A stretch of DNA of 64,000 nt from Longimicrobiales bacterium (GCA_965116905.1 OZ220732.1:1856001-1920000); one strand, 5' to 3'. Positions 46,881 to 56,784 are shown, numbered from the stretch's first letter. Made by a program: numbers and translations. The notes: a model not told the origin generated them from the sequence alone.

Positions 46881-49139
46881 TCATCGCCCGGCTCCGAGGC
46901 GCAGTCGGATCGACCAGCCACGGCCCGGCAGGGGGTAGTCGACGAGGAGCGCGGCCCGCTCGTCGAGGATGTTGTTCACGGCGAGGTCGAGCCGCCCGGA
47001 TGCCTTTCCGAACGCGACGGGAATGGCGATCCCGGCGTCCAGCAGGGTGTAGCCCTCCAGCGCGTTCAACTCCGATCCGGGCACGGTGCGCCGTTCTCCC
47101 ACGTGTGTGGCCGCGGGCGCCAGCGTGACGCCGCCGGGGAGCGCAATCCCGAGCGAGAGGTCCGCGGTGAAGCGGGGTCGGTACGCGACCTGGCCGTCGA
47201 GCACGGGTCCGGTGTACTCGACCTCCGACCAGGCGGCGTTCGCGGCGACGGAATGCGCCAACTCGCCCGTGGCCAGCTCGGCGGTGGCCAGCTCGGCGGT
47301 CGCACCGAGCTCGAGACCCCGGCGCATCACGTCGTAGTTGTCGGGACTCCACACGAAGCGGTGGTCGGGGAACCACAGGATCATGTCGTCCAGGTCGGCC
47401 CGGTAGGCGGTTCCGCGCACCTGTCCCGCGGCGCGGCCCAGCGACCACGCGTGCGACATGGAGACGGCGAGTTCCCCGCGAATCCGTTCCGGCCCGAGGT
47501 CCGGGTTGGGCTCGACAAGCACGCCCTCCCGGAAGAACAGGTCGCCGAGTCCGGGTGGCGAGAAGCCGCGTCCCCAGCGCAGGTCCAGGGTGAGGCCGGC
47601 GCGGTTCAGGATGGCGTCGACGGTGGGCGACAAGGTGGTGCCGGCGACGAGATCGTGGCGGTCCGCGCGGACGGCGGCGCCGAGGTCGAGGCGGACGCCG
47701 TGCCCGGGGTTCCAGCTGCGCCCGGCCCGCGCCCACGCCCCGAACTCGCCGGGGTTGACACGCGAAGACGCGAGCGCATCGGAGGCGATGTCGAGCCGGG
47801 CGGCGTGGAGGCCGGCCCGCAACGAGGGCGCCCCCCGCCGCCACCAGCCTTCCAGCGCGATTTCGGCGCGGCGCACACGGGTTCGATTGTCGTAGGGGCG
47901 GCCGAAGGGGGGCGCCGGGTCGGCGAACCGGGCGCGCTGCCACTGGACTGCGGTGCGGACCGTGCCGCCCAGGCCGGAGTCGCCCGGCTGGACTCGTGCG
48001 CTGACGCCCCAGCGCCGATGGTGCTGGTGACCGGTCAGCGACGGTTGCGCGATCGTTCCCGGGCTGCCGCGCTCGGCGTCGCTCACATGGGCGTGCAGTG
48101 ACGTGTTCAATCCGCCCCGTTGCGTGACGCGAACGTCGCCGCCCGCCTGGCTGAAGGCGGCATTCTCGCGCGTCGTCTCGCCGCCGCCGCGGAAGGCGGG
48201 CACGTCGTAGGTGAAGGCGCCGCCGGAACGCCGCCAGCGTGCGGCCGCGGCCGCCACCCAGGCCCTCCCGAGTGGCCGCGAAACCGATGCCGCGGTCTCG
48301 GCCGAGGACCAGGAGCCTGTGCCGGCAGTAACCGTGGCGCCGGCAAAACCGGCCTCGCGGCTCTCCAGGAGTACGACCCCTCCGAGGGCGCGGGGGCCGT
48401 ACCGCGCCGACTGGGCGCCCGGGATGACGACGATGCGGGCCAGGCCTTCGAGGTCCACGGTGCCGAGGTCCGCCTCTCCCGTCAGGGGCGAGTTGATCGG
48501 CGTGCCGTCGAGGAGGACCAGCACCTGGTCGCCGCCCGAGCCGCGGAGCTGGACGACGGCGGAGGCACCCGGCCCCCCCTGCCGCACGACGGTCGCGCCC
48601 GGGACGCGGTCGAGCGCGGCGGCCAGGTCCGCCACACCGGGAGGCAGGCTCGACGCGTCCACGATGGTCGCGCGGCCCGCCCCCTCACGGGACGCGACCC
48701 GCACATCCAGCCCCGCGAGTCGCACGGGCGCGGGATCGAGCACCACGCTCGCACGCGTCAACCGGCCGTTGGCGGCCTCCACTTCGACCGTGGCTTCCGC
48801 GAAGCCGAGCGCTGAGATCGTCAACGCGTGCCGTCCCGGCGACAGGCCGCGCAGCAGGGCGCCGCCGCCCGGGCCCGTCAGCACGGTGAGGCCCGTGCCC
48901 ATCACGGTAACGGCCGCGCCGGCAACCGGGATCGTCGCGCCCGCGACCGGGATCGTTGCGCCCGCGACCGGGATCGACGCGGCCGCCCTTGCGCCACGGT
49001 CGGCCATCGCTGCGGCGGGCGCCGCACGTACGGTGACGTGAACGGTCGCCGTGACCTGGGAACGCAGCTCCGCCGGGGTGACAAGCGTCGCGGCGGCGAT
49101 TGGCGCTGCGGCGGCGAGCAGCGTTGCGGCTCTTCTCAC
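46881..49139 (-). CDS. btuB: TonB-dependent cobalamin receptor
   Basis: Plug LRGS..DQVLVLLDG, SARYGPRALGGVV, PNPDLGPE, YPLPGR; downstream of a B12 riboswitch; start GTG 49139 (alternative 49172). Confidence 0.85.
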   Translation of the reverse strand: MRRAATLLAAAAPIAAATLVTPAELRSQVTATVHVTVRAAPAAAMADRGARAAASIPVAGATIPVAGATIPVAGAAVTVMGTGLTVLTGPGGGALLRGLSPGRHALTISALGFAEATVEVEAANGRLTRASVVLDPAPVRLAGLDVRVASREGAGRATIVDASSLPPGVADLAAALDRVPGATVVRQGGPGASAVVQLRGSGGDQVLVLLDGTPINSPLTGEADLGTVDLEGLARIVVIPGAQSARYGPRALGGVVLLESREAGFAGATVTAGTGSWSSAETAASVSRPLGRAWVAAAAARWRRSGGAFTYDVPAFRGGGETTRENAAFSQAGGDVRVTQRGGLNTSLHAHVSDAERGSPGTIAQPSLTGHQHHRRWGVSARVQPGDSGLGGTVRTAVQWQRARFADPAPPFGRPYDNRTRVRRAEIALEGWWRRGAPSLRAGLHAARLDIASDALASSRVNPGEFGAWARAGRSWNPGHGVRLDLGAAVRADRHDLVAGTTLSPTVDAILNRAGLTLDLRWGRGFSPPGLGDLFFREGVLVEPNPDLGPERIRGELAVSMSHAWSLGRAAGQVRGTAYRADLDDMILWFPDHRFVWSPDNYDVMRRGLELGATAELATAELATGELAHSVAANAAWSEVEYTGPVLDGQVAYRPRFTADLSLGIALPGGVTLAPAATHVGERRTVPGSELNALEGYTLLDAGIAIPVAFGKASGRLDLAVNNILDERAALLVDYPLPGRGWSIRLRLGAGR

Positions 49140-49243
49140 TTGACCCCGTCTTCTCCAGACGGGGAGAAGCACGGCCTGCCCGCGCCGTAGCGCAGACCAG
49201 GAACCCCGCCCTCCCTCGAGGGTGATGGTCGATACGACGGAGG

Positions 49244-49405
49244 AGAGGTCTCCTGGCTTGGGACGGACCCGCTCGCCTTCCCGGGCATCGCTGCCCAGTG
49301 GCCTCGTTGAGCGGGCCCCTACGGAACCGGAGTCCCGTGTCCCTTACAGTGGCGGGGCCGCGCCGGCATTTCACCGGACTTCCGAGCGCCCCTCCGTCTG
49401 CGAGT
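49244..49405 (-). ncRNA. Cobalamin riboswitch (controls btuB)
   Basis: Minus strand: GGAAGTCCGGTGAAATGCCGGCGCGGCCCCGCCACTGTAA ... GCCACTGGG..CCCGGGAAGGC ... AGCCAGGAGACCT. Confidence 0.92.
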
Positions 49406-49549
49406 TGTGAAGGAATGGGTAGTGACTTCGGCGTCCGCGCGCAACGGACCGGGGCCTCTGCGCGTAGCGGACGGGGGCCTCTGCGAGCAACGGAGGCGCG
49501 GGCGCCAGGGTTGCTGTACCGCCCCGATCAGATTATCGTGGCGCGCTGT

Positions 49550-49780
49550 AGCGAGGGGGCCACCGGAAGTCGGTCGGAAGCCGACGCGGCCCCGCCACTG
49601 TAGGAGGCCCGGATCCCGCACCGGATCCGGATTGACGCGCTCGACAGCCACTGGGTTTCCGCCGCGGGTCTGGATTGCCGCGGGCGGATCCTGCGGATCG
49701 CCGCGGATTCCCGCCGCGGACCTCCGCTCCCCCGGGAAGGCGAGCGCCGTCGCCTCGAGCCAGGAGACGCGGCCCCCTCG
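49550..49780 (+). ncRNA. Cobalamin riboswitch (controls btuF-cob operon)
   Basis: GGAAGTCGGTCGGAAGCCGACGCGGCCCCGCCACTGTA ... GCCACTGGG ... CCGGGAAGGC ... AGCCAGGAGAC; closing stem GAGGGGGCC/GGCCCCCTC. Confidence 0.9.
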
Positions 49781-49812
49781 GCCAAGCACCAACCTTCGAG
49801 GGAGGGGAGCCG

Positions 49813-50760
49813 GTGTACATCGATGTCGAAACCCGAGCCGCTCGGATCGGCCAGGGTCCCCGCGGAATCCGGCGGCCCGCCCGCCTCGTTCTCACGGCCG
49901 TCCTCCCCTTGCTCGCCGCCTGTGCGCCAGTCGACGGTGCAAGGCCGTCGGCGCTTGCCGTCGCGGACGACACCGGGCGCACCGTGTCGCTGTCCGCACC
50001 CGCCGGGCGCGTCTTCTCCGTCATCCCGTCGCTCACCGAATCGGTCACGGCGCTCGACCCGACCGTTCTCATCGCCCGTACGCGTTTCGACCGGGCACCG
50101 GAACTGGCGCACCTTCCTTCCCTGGGTGACGCCATCCGCCCGAACCTCGAGGCATTGGTGCGGCTGGCACCCGATCTCGTCATCAGCTGGGACGATCCGG
50201 ACCAGCGCACCTTCGCCGACCAGGTCGCGGCGATGGGCATACCGGTCTATCGGGCCAACGTGCAGACGATCGCCGACGTGCGCAGCCACTTGCGGCGTCT
50301 GGGCGTCCTGCTGGGCCGCGGCGACAGGGCCGAAGCGCTGGTGGACTCGCTGGATCAGGCGCTCGCCCGCGTAGCTGCGGCGGTCCACGGGCGTGACCGC
50401 GTGGCCGTCTACTATTCCGTCTGGCACGACCCGCCGCAGACCACCGGGCCCGGTACCTTCATCGACGAGGTCATCGAGTACGCCGGAGGCAGGAACGTGT
50501 TCGGCGATGCCTCGAACGCCTGGCCGCTGGTGTCCCTCGAGGCGATCCTGCAGCGCAACCCGGACGCCCTGGTGATTGCTCGCCATACGGAGGACCAGCC
50601 TGCCGCGCCCTGGCTCGACCGACCCGGTTGGCGGGAACTGGAAGCCGTCCGGACCCGGCGCTACCTGGTGGTGGAGGGGGACCTGTTCAATCGCCCGGGC
50701 CCGCGCGTGGCCGAAGCGGCGTTGCAACTAGCCCGCTTTCTGCACTTCGAGTCCAAATGA
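49813..50760 (+). CDS. btuF: Cobalamin ABC transporter substrate-binding lipoprotein
   Basis: LAAC lipobox, DDTGRTV, VIPSLTE, PNLEAL, AGGRNVF, NRPGPR. Confidence 0.88.
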   Translation: MYIDVETRAARIGQGPRGIRRPARLVLTAVLPLLAACAPVDGARPSALAVADDTGRTVSLSAPAGRVFSVIPSLTESVTALDPTVLIARTRFDRAPELAHLPSLGDAIRPNLEALVRLAPDLVISWDDPDQRTFADQVAAMGIPVYRANVQTIADVRSHLRRLGVLLGRGDRAEALVDSLDQALARVAAAVHGRDRVAVYYSVWHDPPQTTGPGTFIDEVIEYAGGRNVFGDASNAWPLVSLEAILQRNPDALVIARHTEDQPAAPWLDRPGWRELEAVRTRRYLVVEGDLFNRPGPRVAEAALQLARFLHFESK

Positions 50761-50803
50761 CCGCAATAGTCCCCGATTCGATCACTCCCGGAGGATCACC
50801 GCG

Positions 50804-51958
50804 ATGAGCGTCCCATGGTCGAACTGTAAATTACAGTTTACACAATGTCATGTTTACTTTACATTTGTGGCCGCGGCCGTGGCCCTTATGCCGGCGTTTC
50901 CCGCCTCTGCGCAGTCGCCCGAACTCGTGTTCCTGTCGAACATCACCGGCACGGTGCGCGACGGTGAGGCGCTTGCGACCGTCGAGGAGCAGACCGCGGC
51001 GGCGCTGGACGCCCTCGGAGACCAGCTGACGGCCCGCGGGCTCGGCTACCGGGATGTCGTCGCGGTCAACGTGTTCCTCAGGGACACCCGGCACTTCCAG
51101 GCGATGAACGGGGTCTACCGAGGCTACTTCCCGGTCGATCCCCCGACACGTGCGACCGTCGAGGCCGACCTGCCCGACCGGGAAGCCCACGTGCAGATCT
51201 CGGCGGTGGCCACGCCGGACGAGACCGAGGTCATCTCGCCCGCGGGGCTGCAGTCGCCGGCGCTGCCGTATTCGTGGGGCATCCGCGCGGGCGACGTGCT
51301 CTTCATTGCGGGCGCGACGAGCCGCGATCCGGAGACCTATCAGCCCGTGGAAGGCGACGTGCAGACGCAGACGCGACGCGTCTTCGGGAACATCGGGATG
51401 ATCCTGGAAGAGGCCGGAATGGGCTACGGCGACCTCGTGAGCTGCAAGGTCTTCCTCGACGACGTGCGCCTGTGGGGCGACATGAACGAGGCCTACCGCG
51501 AATTCGTCACCGCCGACGATCCGCCGGCGCGGGCGGCGGTGCGCGGCGGGCTGATGAATCCCGCCTTCCTCGTCGAGATCCAGTGCGTGGCAGAGCGGTC
51601 GGACGAGCGCCGCGTCGTACTCCGCGAGGGTCAGCAGCGGGGACGGTCACCACTGTCTCCGGCGATCGCGACCGGTGGTCGTGTCTGGCTTGCCGGAATG
51701 CTCGCGCGCGGGGAGGACGCACGGGACGAGGCGCGGAACACGCTGGCGAGCCTCGGGGGGACGCTCGAGGCCGCGGGACTGGGGTTCGGGGACGTGGAGG
51801 ACGTTTGGGTCTATCTGACCGACGTGCGCGATGCGCCGGCCGTGCTGGAGGTGCTGGCCGAGACGATGCCGGGCGAGGTCCCGCCGGTGACCGTTGGGGG
51901 GCTGCCCCTCGTGGGTCGTTTGGGGGTGGAGATTCAGATGACGGCGGTGGTGCGCTGA
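50804..51958 (+). CDS. Rid (YjgF/RidA) family protein with three tandem domains and signal peptide
   Basis: AMNGVYRGYF..PPTRAT, MNEAYREF...PPARAAV, third degenerate domain ending VEIQMTA. Confidence 0.85.
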   Translation: MSVPWSNCKLQFTQCHVYFTFVAAAVALMPAFPASAQSPELVFLSNITGTVRDGEALATVEEQTAAALDALGDQLTARGLGYRDVVAVNVFLRDTRHFQAMNGVYRGYFPVDPPTRATVEADLPDREAHVQISAVATPDETEVISPAGLQSPALPYSWGIRAGDVLFIAGATSRDPETYQPVEGDVQTQTRRVFGNIGMILEEAGMGYGDLVSCKVFLDDVRLWGDMNEAYREFVTADDPPARAAVRGGLMNPAFLVEIQCVAERSDERRVVLREGQQRGRSPLSPAIATGGRVWLAGMLARGEDARDEARNTLASLGGTLEAAGLGFGDVEDVWVYLTDVRDAPAVLEVLAETMPGEVPPVTVGGLPLVGRLGVEIQMTAVVR

Positions 51959-51965
51959 GCGGCTC

Positions 51966-53060
51966 GTGAGCACATCCGCCACACTGCTGGAAGGGGCCAT
52001 CAGCCGTGTGGCCGCTGCCGCCCCGCCGGGGGATCCGGCCGCGGTCCAGGCGCACCTCGACGCGCTGACCAAGCCGCCGGGAAGCCTCGGCCGTCTGGAG
52101 GAACTCGCTCTGCAGGTGGGCTGTGTGCTGGGCGATCCGCCGCCCGCGCTCGACGGAGCCGTGGTGTTCGTGTTCGCGGCGGATCACGGGGTCTCCGCGC
52201 AGGGCGTGTCCGCGTATCCGGCCGCGGTCACGGCGCAGATGTGCGCCAACTTCTCCGGTGGCGGTGCGGCGATCAACGTGCTTGTGCGGACGTGCGGCGC
52301 CGAGGTGCGGGTGGTCGATGTGGGCGTCGCGTCGGATGTCGCCGCGCTGAACGGGATTGAGCACCGGAAGATCCGCGCGGGGACGGCCGATCTGTCGGCG
52401 GGTCCCGCAATGACGGCGGACGAGGTCATGGCGGCGCTGGCGGTGGGGGTGGAGGCGGCGAGCGATGCGAACGCGCGGATCGTGGGCGTCGGCGAGATGG
52501 GCATCGCGAACACGACCGCGGCGGCTGCGGTCACGGCCTGCCTGACCGGGGCCGCGCCACACGGGGTCGTGGGCCGAGGCACGGGGGTTGACGATGGTGG
52601 ACTGGCCCGCAAGCGCGAGGTGGTGGAGCAAGCGGTGGCACGAGTGGTTCGGCTGGAGGGTCCGCGCGACGAGGCGCTCGAGGTGCTGCGCCAGGTGGGC
52701 GGACTCGAGATCGCCGCGATGGCGGGCGCCATGATCGGCGCGGCGGCGCGGGGTGCGCTCGTGCTGGTGGATGGCTTCATCTCCTCGGCCGCGGCGCTGG
52801 CGGCCTGCCACCTGTGCGCCGCGCTGCCGCCGTACCTCGTCGCGTCGCACCGCTCGACCGAGCCGGGTCACGCCGCGGCGCTCGACGCGCTCGGCCTGGT
52901 TCCCCTGCTCGACCTCGAAATGCGGCTGGGCGAGGGGACCGGGTGCGCGCTTACCATCCCGATCGTGCGGGCAGCCGGGGCGCTGCTCACCGAGATGGCG
53001 ACCTTTCGATCGGCGGGGATATCGGGGCCGGGCGGTGGTGTGCCTGGGGGCGCTCCATGA
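51966..53060 (+). CDS. cobT: Nicotinate-nucleotide-DMB phosphoribosyltransferase
   Basis: LTKPPGSLGRLE, AADHGV, GEMGIANTT, MRLGEGTG. Confidence 0.95.
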   Translation: MSTSATLLEGAISRVAAAAPPGDPAAVQAHLDALTKPPGSLGRLEELALQVGCVLGDPPPALDGAVVFVFAADHGVSAQGVSAYPAAVTAQMCANFSGGGAAINVLVRTCGAEVRVVDVGVASDVAALNGIEHRKIRAGTADLSAGPAMTADEVMAALAVGVEAASDANARIVGVGEMGIANTTAAAAVTACLTGAAPHGVVGRGTGVDDGGLARKREVVEQAVARVVRLEGPRDEALEVLRQVGGLEIAAMAGAMIGAAARGALVLVDGFISSAAALAACHLCAALPPYLVASHRSTEPGHAAALDALGLVPLLDLEMRLGEGTGCALTIPIVRAAGALLTEMATFRSAGISGPGGGVPGGAP

Positions 53061-53590
53061 TGAGACTCATCGTCGTGACGGGAGGCGTGCGGTCGGGCAA
53101 GAGCCGGTGGGCGCAGGACGAGGCGCTGGCGCACGGGGGCGAAGAGGTCACCGTGATCGCGACCGCGGAGGCCGTCGACGACGAGATGCGCGGCCGGATC
53201 GAGGCGCACCGCCGCAATCGTCCCGCAGGGTGGCGCACCGTGGAGGCGCCGGAACGGGCGGGTCAGGCGATCCTGGCCGCCGTGACCGACACGGTCGTGC
53301 TTGACTGCGTGACCGTGCTCACCGGCATGGCGATCGGACGCGCGGGCGCGAAGAGCGAGTCCCGGGCGCTGGAGGCGATGGCCGCCGAGATCGACGGAAT
53401 CCTCGACGCGAGGGAGGCGCGCGCCGGGTTGCTCATCGTCGTGACGAACGAGGTGGGATGGAGCGTGCATCCCCCCACCGCGGTCGGACGCTGGTATCAG
53501 GACGGATTGGGGATGGCCAATCAGCGTCTCGCCGCCGCCGCGGACCGGGTGGTGCTCATGGTCTCCGGGCTGGAGACCCGACTCAAGTGA
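53057..53590 (+). CDS. cobU: Adenosylcobinamide kinase/guanylyltransferase
   Basis: TGGVRSGKS, RIEAHRRNRP..W, VTNEVG, G.ANQRLA. Confidence 0.95.
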   Translation: MMRLIVVTGGVRSGKSRWAQDEALAHGGEEVTVIATAEAVDDEMRGRIEAHRRNRPAGWRTVEAPERAGQAILAAVTDTVVLDCVTVLTGMAIGRAGAKSESRALEAMAAEIDGILDAREARAGLLIVVTNEVGWSVHPPTAVGRWYQDGLGMANQRLAAAADRVVLMVSGLETRLK

Positions 53591-54402
53591 GGGCCGCTCT
53601 CCGGGGCGCGCGTGCCGCCTTCGTCTTCATGACCCGTGTGCCGGTGGGCGGCTTTCCGTACGCGGCCGGGGAATGGCGGTGGACCTCGGCGTGGTTCCCG
53701 TTGGTGGGGCTGGCCGTTGGGACGGTGTGCGCGGCGGTGTGGTGGCTGGTGGCTCCGCTGGGACCGTGGGTCGCTGCAATGGCCGTGCTGGTCGCGTCGA
53801 TCCTCCTGACCGGCGCGTTCCACGAAGACGGACTCGCCGACACCGCCGACGCGCTGGGCGGAGCACACGACCGCGCGAAGATCTTCGTCATTCTCAAGGA
53901 CTCGCGGGTCGGTGCCTTCGGGGCTCTGGCTCTGGTGGTCTCGATCGCGTTCCGGTTGGTCCTGCTCGCGCAGCTGACGGGTGCCGCGGCCGTCGCCCTG
54001 CTCCTCGCGCACTGCCTTGCGCGGGTCGGGCCCGTCTGGCTGATGGTCGCGATGCCCTACGTCAGCGATGCGGCGGCGAAAAGCCGCCAGGTCACGCGTG
54101 CCGGCCCGGCCCAGGGCGTGCTCGCCACCGCGATCGGCGTGGCGGTGGCCGGGGGCGTGGTGCTGGCCGGGAGTGGAGTGCTGGCCGGGGGCGCAGTGCT
54201 GGCCGGGGGCGCGATCGGCGCAACCACCGCCGTCGCGGCACTCGCTGCGATGGCCCTTGCCACAGCGTTCTGCGGCTGGCGGTTCCATGCGCGGACAGGC
54301 GGATTGACCGGCGACTTCCTGGGTGCCGCGGAGCAGGTGAACGAGATCGTCATCCTTTTCACAATCCTCGCGGTGCTGCGGGTGGCAGGGTTCGGCCCAT
54401 GA
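53587..54402 (+). CDS. cobS: Adenosylcobinamide-GDP ribazoletransferase
   Basis: TGAFHEDGLADTAD, KDSRVGAFG, GGLTGDFLGA. Confidence 0.95.
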   Translation: MRAALRGARAAFVFMTRVPVGGFPYAAGEWRWTSAWFPLVGLAVGTVCAAVWWLVAPLGPWVAAMAVLVASILLTGAFHEDGLADTADALGGAHDRAKIFVILKDSRVGAFGALALVVSIAFRLVLLAQLTGAAAVALLLAHCLARVGPVWLMVAMPYVSDAAAKSRQVTRAGPAQGVLATAIGVAVAGGVVLAGSGVLAGGAVLAGGAIGATTAVAALAAMALATAFCGWRFHARTGGLTGDFLGAAEQVNEIVILFTILAVLRVAGFGP

Positions 54403-54977
54403 TCCGCCTCCTCGCCATCCGCCACGCGCCGGTCACCGTCGAGCGGGTCTTCTACGGGCAGACCGACGTGCCCACGACTCTCGACGCCACCGAGGCGGCC
54501 GTGCGCATCGAGGCCACGGTGGCCGAGTTTGGCCCGGGCACGATCTGGTCTTCCGATGCCGTTCGCTGCCGGGAGCCCGCCGCACTGTTGTCGGAGCGTC
54601 TCGGAGTACAGCATCGGATCGACGAGCGGGTGCGCGAGATGTCCTACGGCGATTGGGAGGGGCGGGGCTGGGACGCCGTGCCGCGCGCCGAAATCGACGA
54701 GTGGATGGCCGACTGGCAGAGCCGATCCCCGCCTGGGGGTGAGAGTGTCGCCACGTTCACCGCACGGGTCGCGGCGTGGTGGCGGGAACTCGAGGCGGGG
54801 CAGCACTTCCTCATGGCTCACGCGGGGGTGGTGCACTGCCTCGATGTCGTCGCCGACGGTCTCGCCTGGGAGAAGACCGTCGAACAGCGACTGGACTTCC
54901 TGCAGGCCAGGCGGTTCGCGCGGCCGCCCGTGTCCCGGGCGCGCGATCCTTCGAGCGAGGGGATTCGCCCAAAGTGA
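54399..54977 (+). CDS. cobC: Histidine phosphatase (alpha-ribazole phosphatase)
   Basis: IRHA, YGQTD, EMSYGDWEG, PPGGES, AHAGV; cob context. Confidence 0.88.
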   Translation: MIRLLAIRHAPVTVERVFYGQTDVPTTLDATEAAVRIEATVAEFGPGTIWSSDAVRCREPAALLSERLGVQHRIDERVREMSYGDWEGRGWDAVPRAEIDEWMADWQSRSPPGGESVATFTARVAAWWRELEAGQHFLMAHAGVVHCLDVVADGLAWEKTVEQRLDFLQARRFARPPVSRARDPSSEGIRPK

Positions 54978-55969
54978 CGCGCACGCCCCGCCGGCTCGTC
55001 CTCCTCGCGCTCGCCCTCGTGGCCGCAATGGCGATCAGCGTCTCCTTCGGCGCATCCGGGCTCGGTCCCGTCGACCTGTGGCGTGCGCTGTCGGCCGATG
55101 GCGACCCCACGGCGCGATCGATCCTGTTGCAGTTGCGGCTGCCGCGCGCCGTGCTTGCCGCCCTCGTCGGCGGTGCGCTCGGCCTCAGCGGCTGCACCTT
55201 TCAGGCACTCCTGCGCAACCCGCTGGCCGACCCGTACGTGCTCGGTGTTTCGGGGGGGGCAGCCGTCGGCGCGGTGGCGATCGTCGTGACCGGAATCGGC
55301 GTCATTCTGCCCTGGACGCTCCCGGCGGGCGCGTTTCTCGGTGCGGTGGCCGCGATGGCGCTCGTACTCGAGGTCGCGCGGCGCGCCTCGCCCGGGGCGA
55401 TGGACACGCGCGTCCTGATCCTCTCCGGGGTCATCATCGGCGCCTTCTTCAACGCCATCATCCTGCTCATGCTCTCGATCGCCGACGTCGAGTCCTTCCG
55501 CTCGGCGGTCTTCTGGATGATGGGCAACCTGTCGGGCGCCGACTGGGGCTCGACATCGCTGCTGGCGGTGCTGCTCGTGCCCACGGGCGCGGCGGTGCTC
55601 TCGATGGCTCGTGCCTTCAACCTCCTGTCCAGGGGCGAGGAGGTTGCCCACTACCTGGGCGCTTCGGTGCAGCGCGTAAAGCTGACTGCGTACCTGTCCG
55701 CGTCGCTGATGGTCGCCGCGGCGGTCGCGGCCGGCGGGGTGATCGGCTTTGTCGGACTGATCGTGCCGCATGCGGTCCGGCTCGCGTGGGGGAACGATCA
55801 CCGCCTGCTCCTTCCCGCGTCGTTCCTGGCCGGGATGGCGTTCCTCCTGGTGGCCGACACGCTGGCCCGGCTGGTCGTGGCGCCGGCCGAGCTGCCGACC
55901 GGAGTGGTGACCGCCGTGGCCGGCGTGCCCTTCTTCGTGGCGCTGCTCATGCGAGGCGGGCGGCGGTGA
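54974..55969 (+). CDS. btuC: Cobalamin ABC permease (FecCD family)
   Basis: LRLPR, LRNPLADPYVLGVS, IGFVGLIVPH, ELPTG. Confidence 0.9.
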   Translation: MTRTPRRLVLLALALVAAMAISVSFGASGLGPVDLWRALSADGDPTARSILLQLRLPRAVLAALVGGALGLSGCTFQALLRNPLADPYVLGVSGGAAVGAVAIVVTGIGVILPWTLPAGAFLGAVAAMALVLEVARRASPGAMDTRVLILSGVIIGAFFNAIILLMLSIADVESFRSAVFWMMGNLSGADWGSTSLLAVLLVPTGAAVLSMARAFNLLSRGEEVAHYLGASVQRVKLTAYLSASLMVAAAVAAGGVIGFVGLIVPHAVRLAWGNDHRLLLPASFLAGMAFLLVADTLARLVVAPAELPTGVVTAVAGVPFFVALLMRGGRR

Positions 55970-56784
55970 GCGCTGACCGGCATCCCGTGCTGAACGGTCG
56001 CGGCCTGACGTTCGCGCACCCGCGCGCGAAGGAGGCCGCCGTGCGAGACATCTCGCTGTCCCTGCATCCGGGGCAGCTTCTGGCCGTCGTCGGCCCGAAC
56101 GGTGCGGGGAAAACCACGCTGTTGAGGCTCCTCACCGGCTCGCTCGCTCCGCAGCAGGGTGAAGTGCGGCTCGGTGGTCGACTCCTGGGCGAACTCGGCG
56201 ACCGTGAACGGGCCCGTGCGCTCGCGGTGGTGCCGCAATCCGAGTTTTCGCCGTTTCCGGTGACGGTGCGTGAGATGGTGGGGATGGGGCGGTACGCGCA
56301 CCTCGGCCCGTGGGAGCGCACCGGCGTGTCCGACCGGGCCGTCGTCGAACGCGCACTCGAAAGGTGCGCCGTCGCCGAGTTCGCCGAGCGTCAGCTCGGT
56401 GAACTTTCCGGGGGTGAGCGCCAGCGTGCCCGTATCGCGCGCGCGCTTGCCCAGGAAGCCCCCACGCTGCTTCTCGACGAACCCTCGGCCGGCCTCGACC
56501 TGCGCTACCGCATGGAGCTCTTCCACCTGCTTCGGGAGTTGCGCACCGAGGGACTTGCCGTGCTCGTCGTCACTCACGACCTGAACCTCGCGGCCCGTTT
56601 CGCCGACCGCCTGCTGCTACTCGACCGCGGTCGGGCAGCGGCTCGCGGAGCCCCCGAGCACGTGCTCTCGCGCGAGGCGCTGGAGGCCATCTACGAATGG
56701 CCGCTCCGGCTCGTCCCGCACCCCGGACCCGGGAGCGATACCGGGGCGCCGCAGACGATTCCTCTCAGGCGCGACGGTCCGTAA
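55966..56784 (+). CDS. btuD: Cobalamin ABC ATPase
   Basis: GPNGAGKT, LSGGERQR, LLDEP, THDLN. Confidence 0.9.
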   Translation: MSADRHPVLNGRGLTFAHPRAKEAAVRDISLSLHPGQLLAVVGPNGAGKTTLLRLLTGSLAPQQGEVRLGGRLLGELGDRERARALAVVPQSEFSPFPVTVREMVGMGRYAHLGPWERTGVSDRAVVERALERCAVAEFAERQLGELSGGERQRARIARALAQEAPTLLLDEPSAGLDLRYRMELFHLLRELRTEGLAVLVVTHDLNLAARFADRLLLLDRGRAAARGAPEHVLSREALEAIYEWPLRLVPHPGPGSDTGAPQTIPLRRDGP

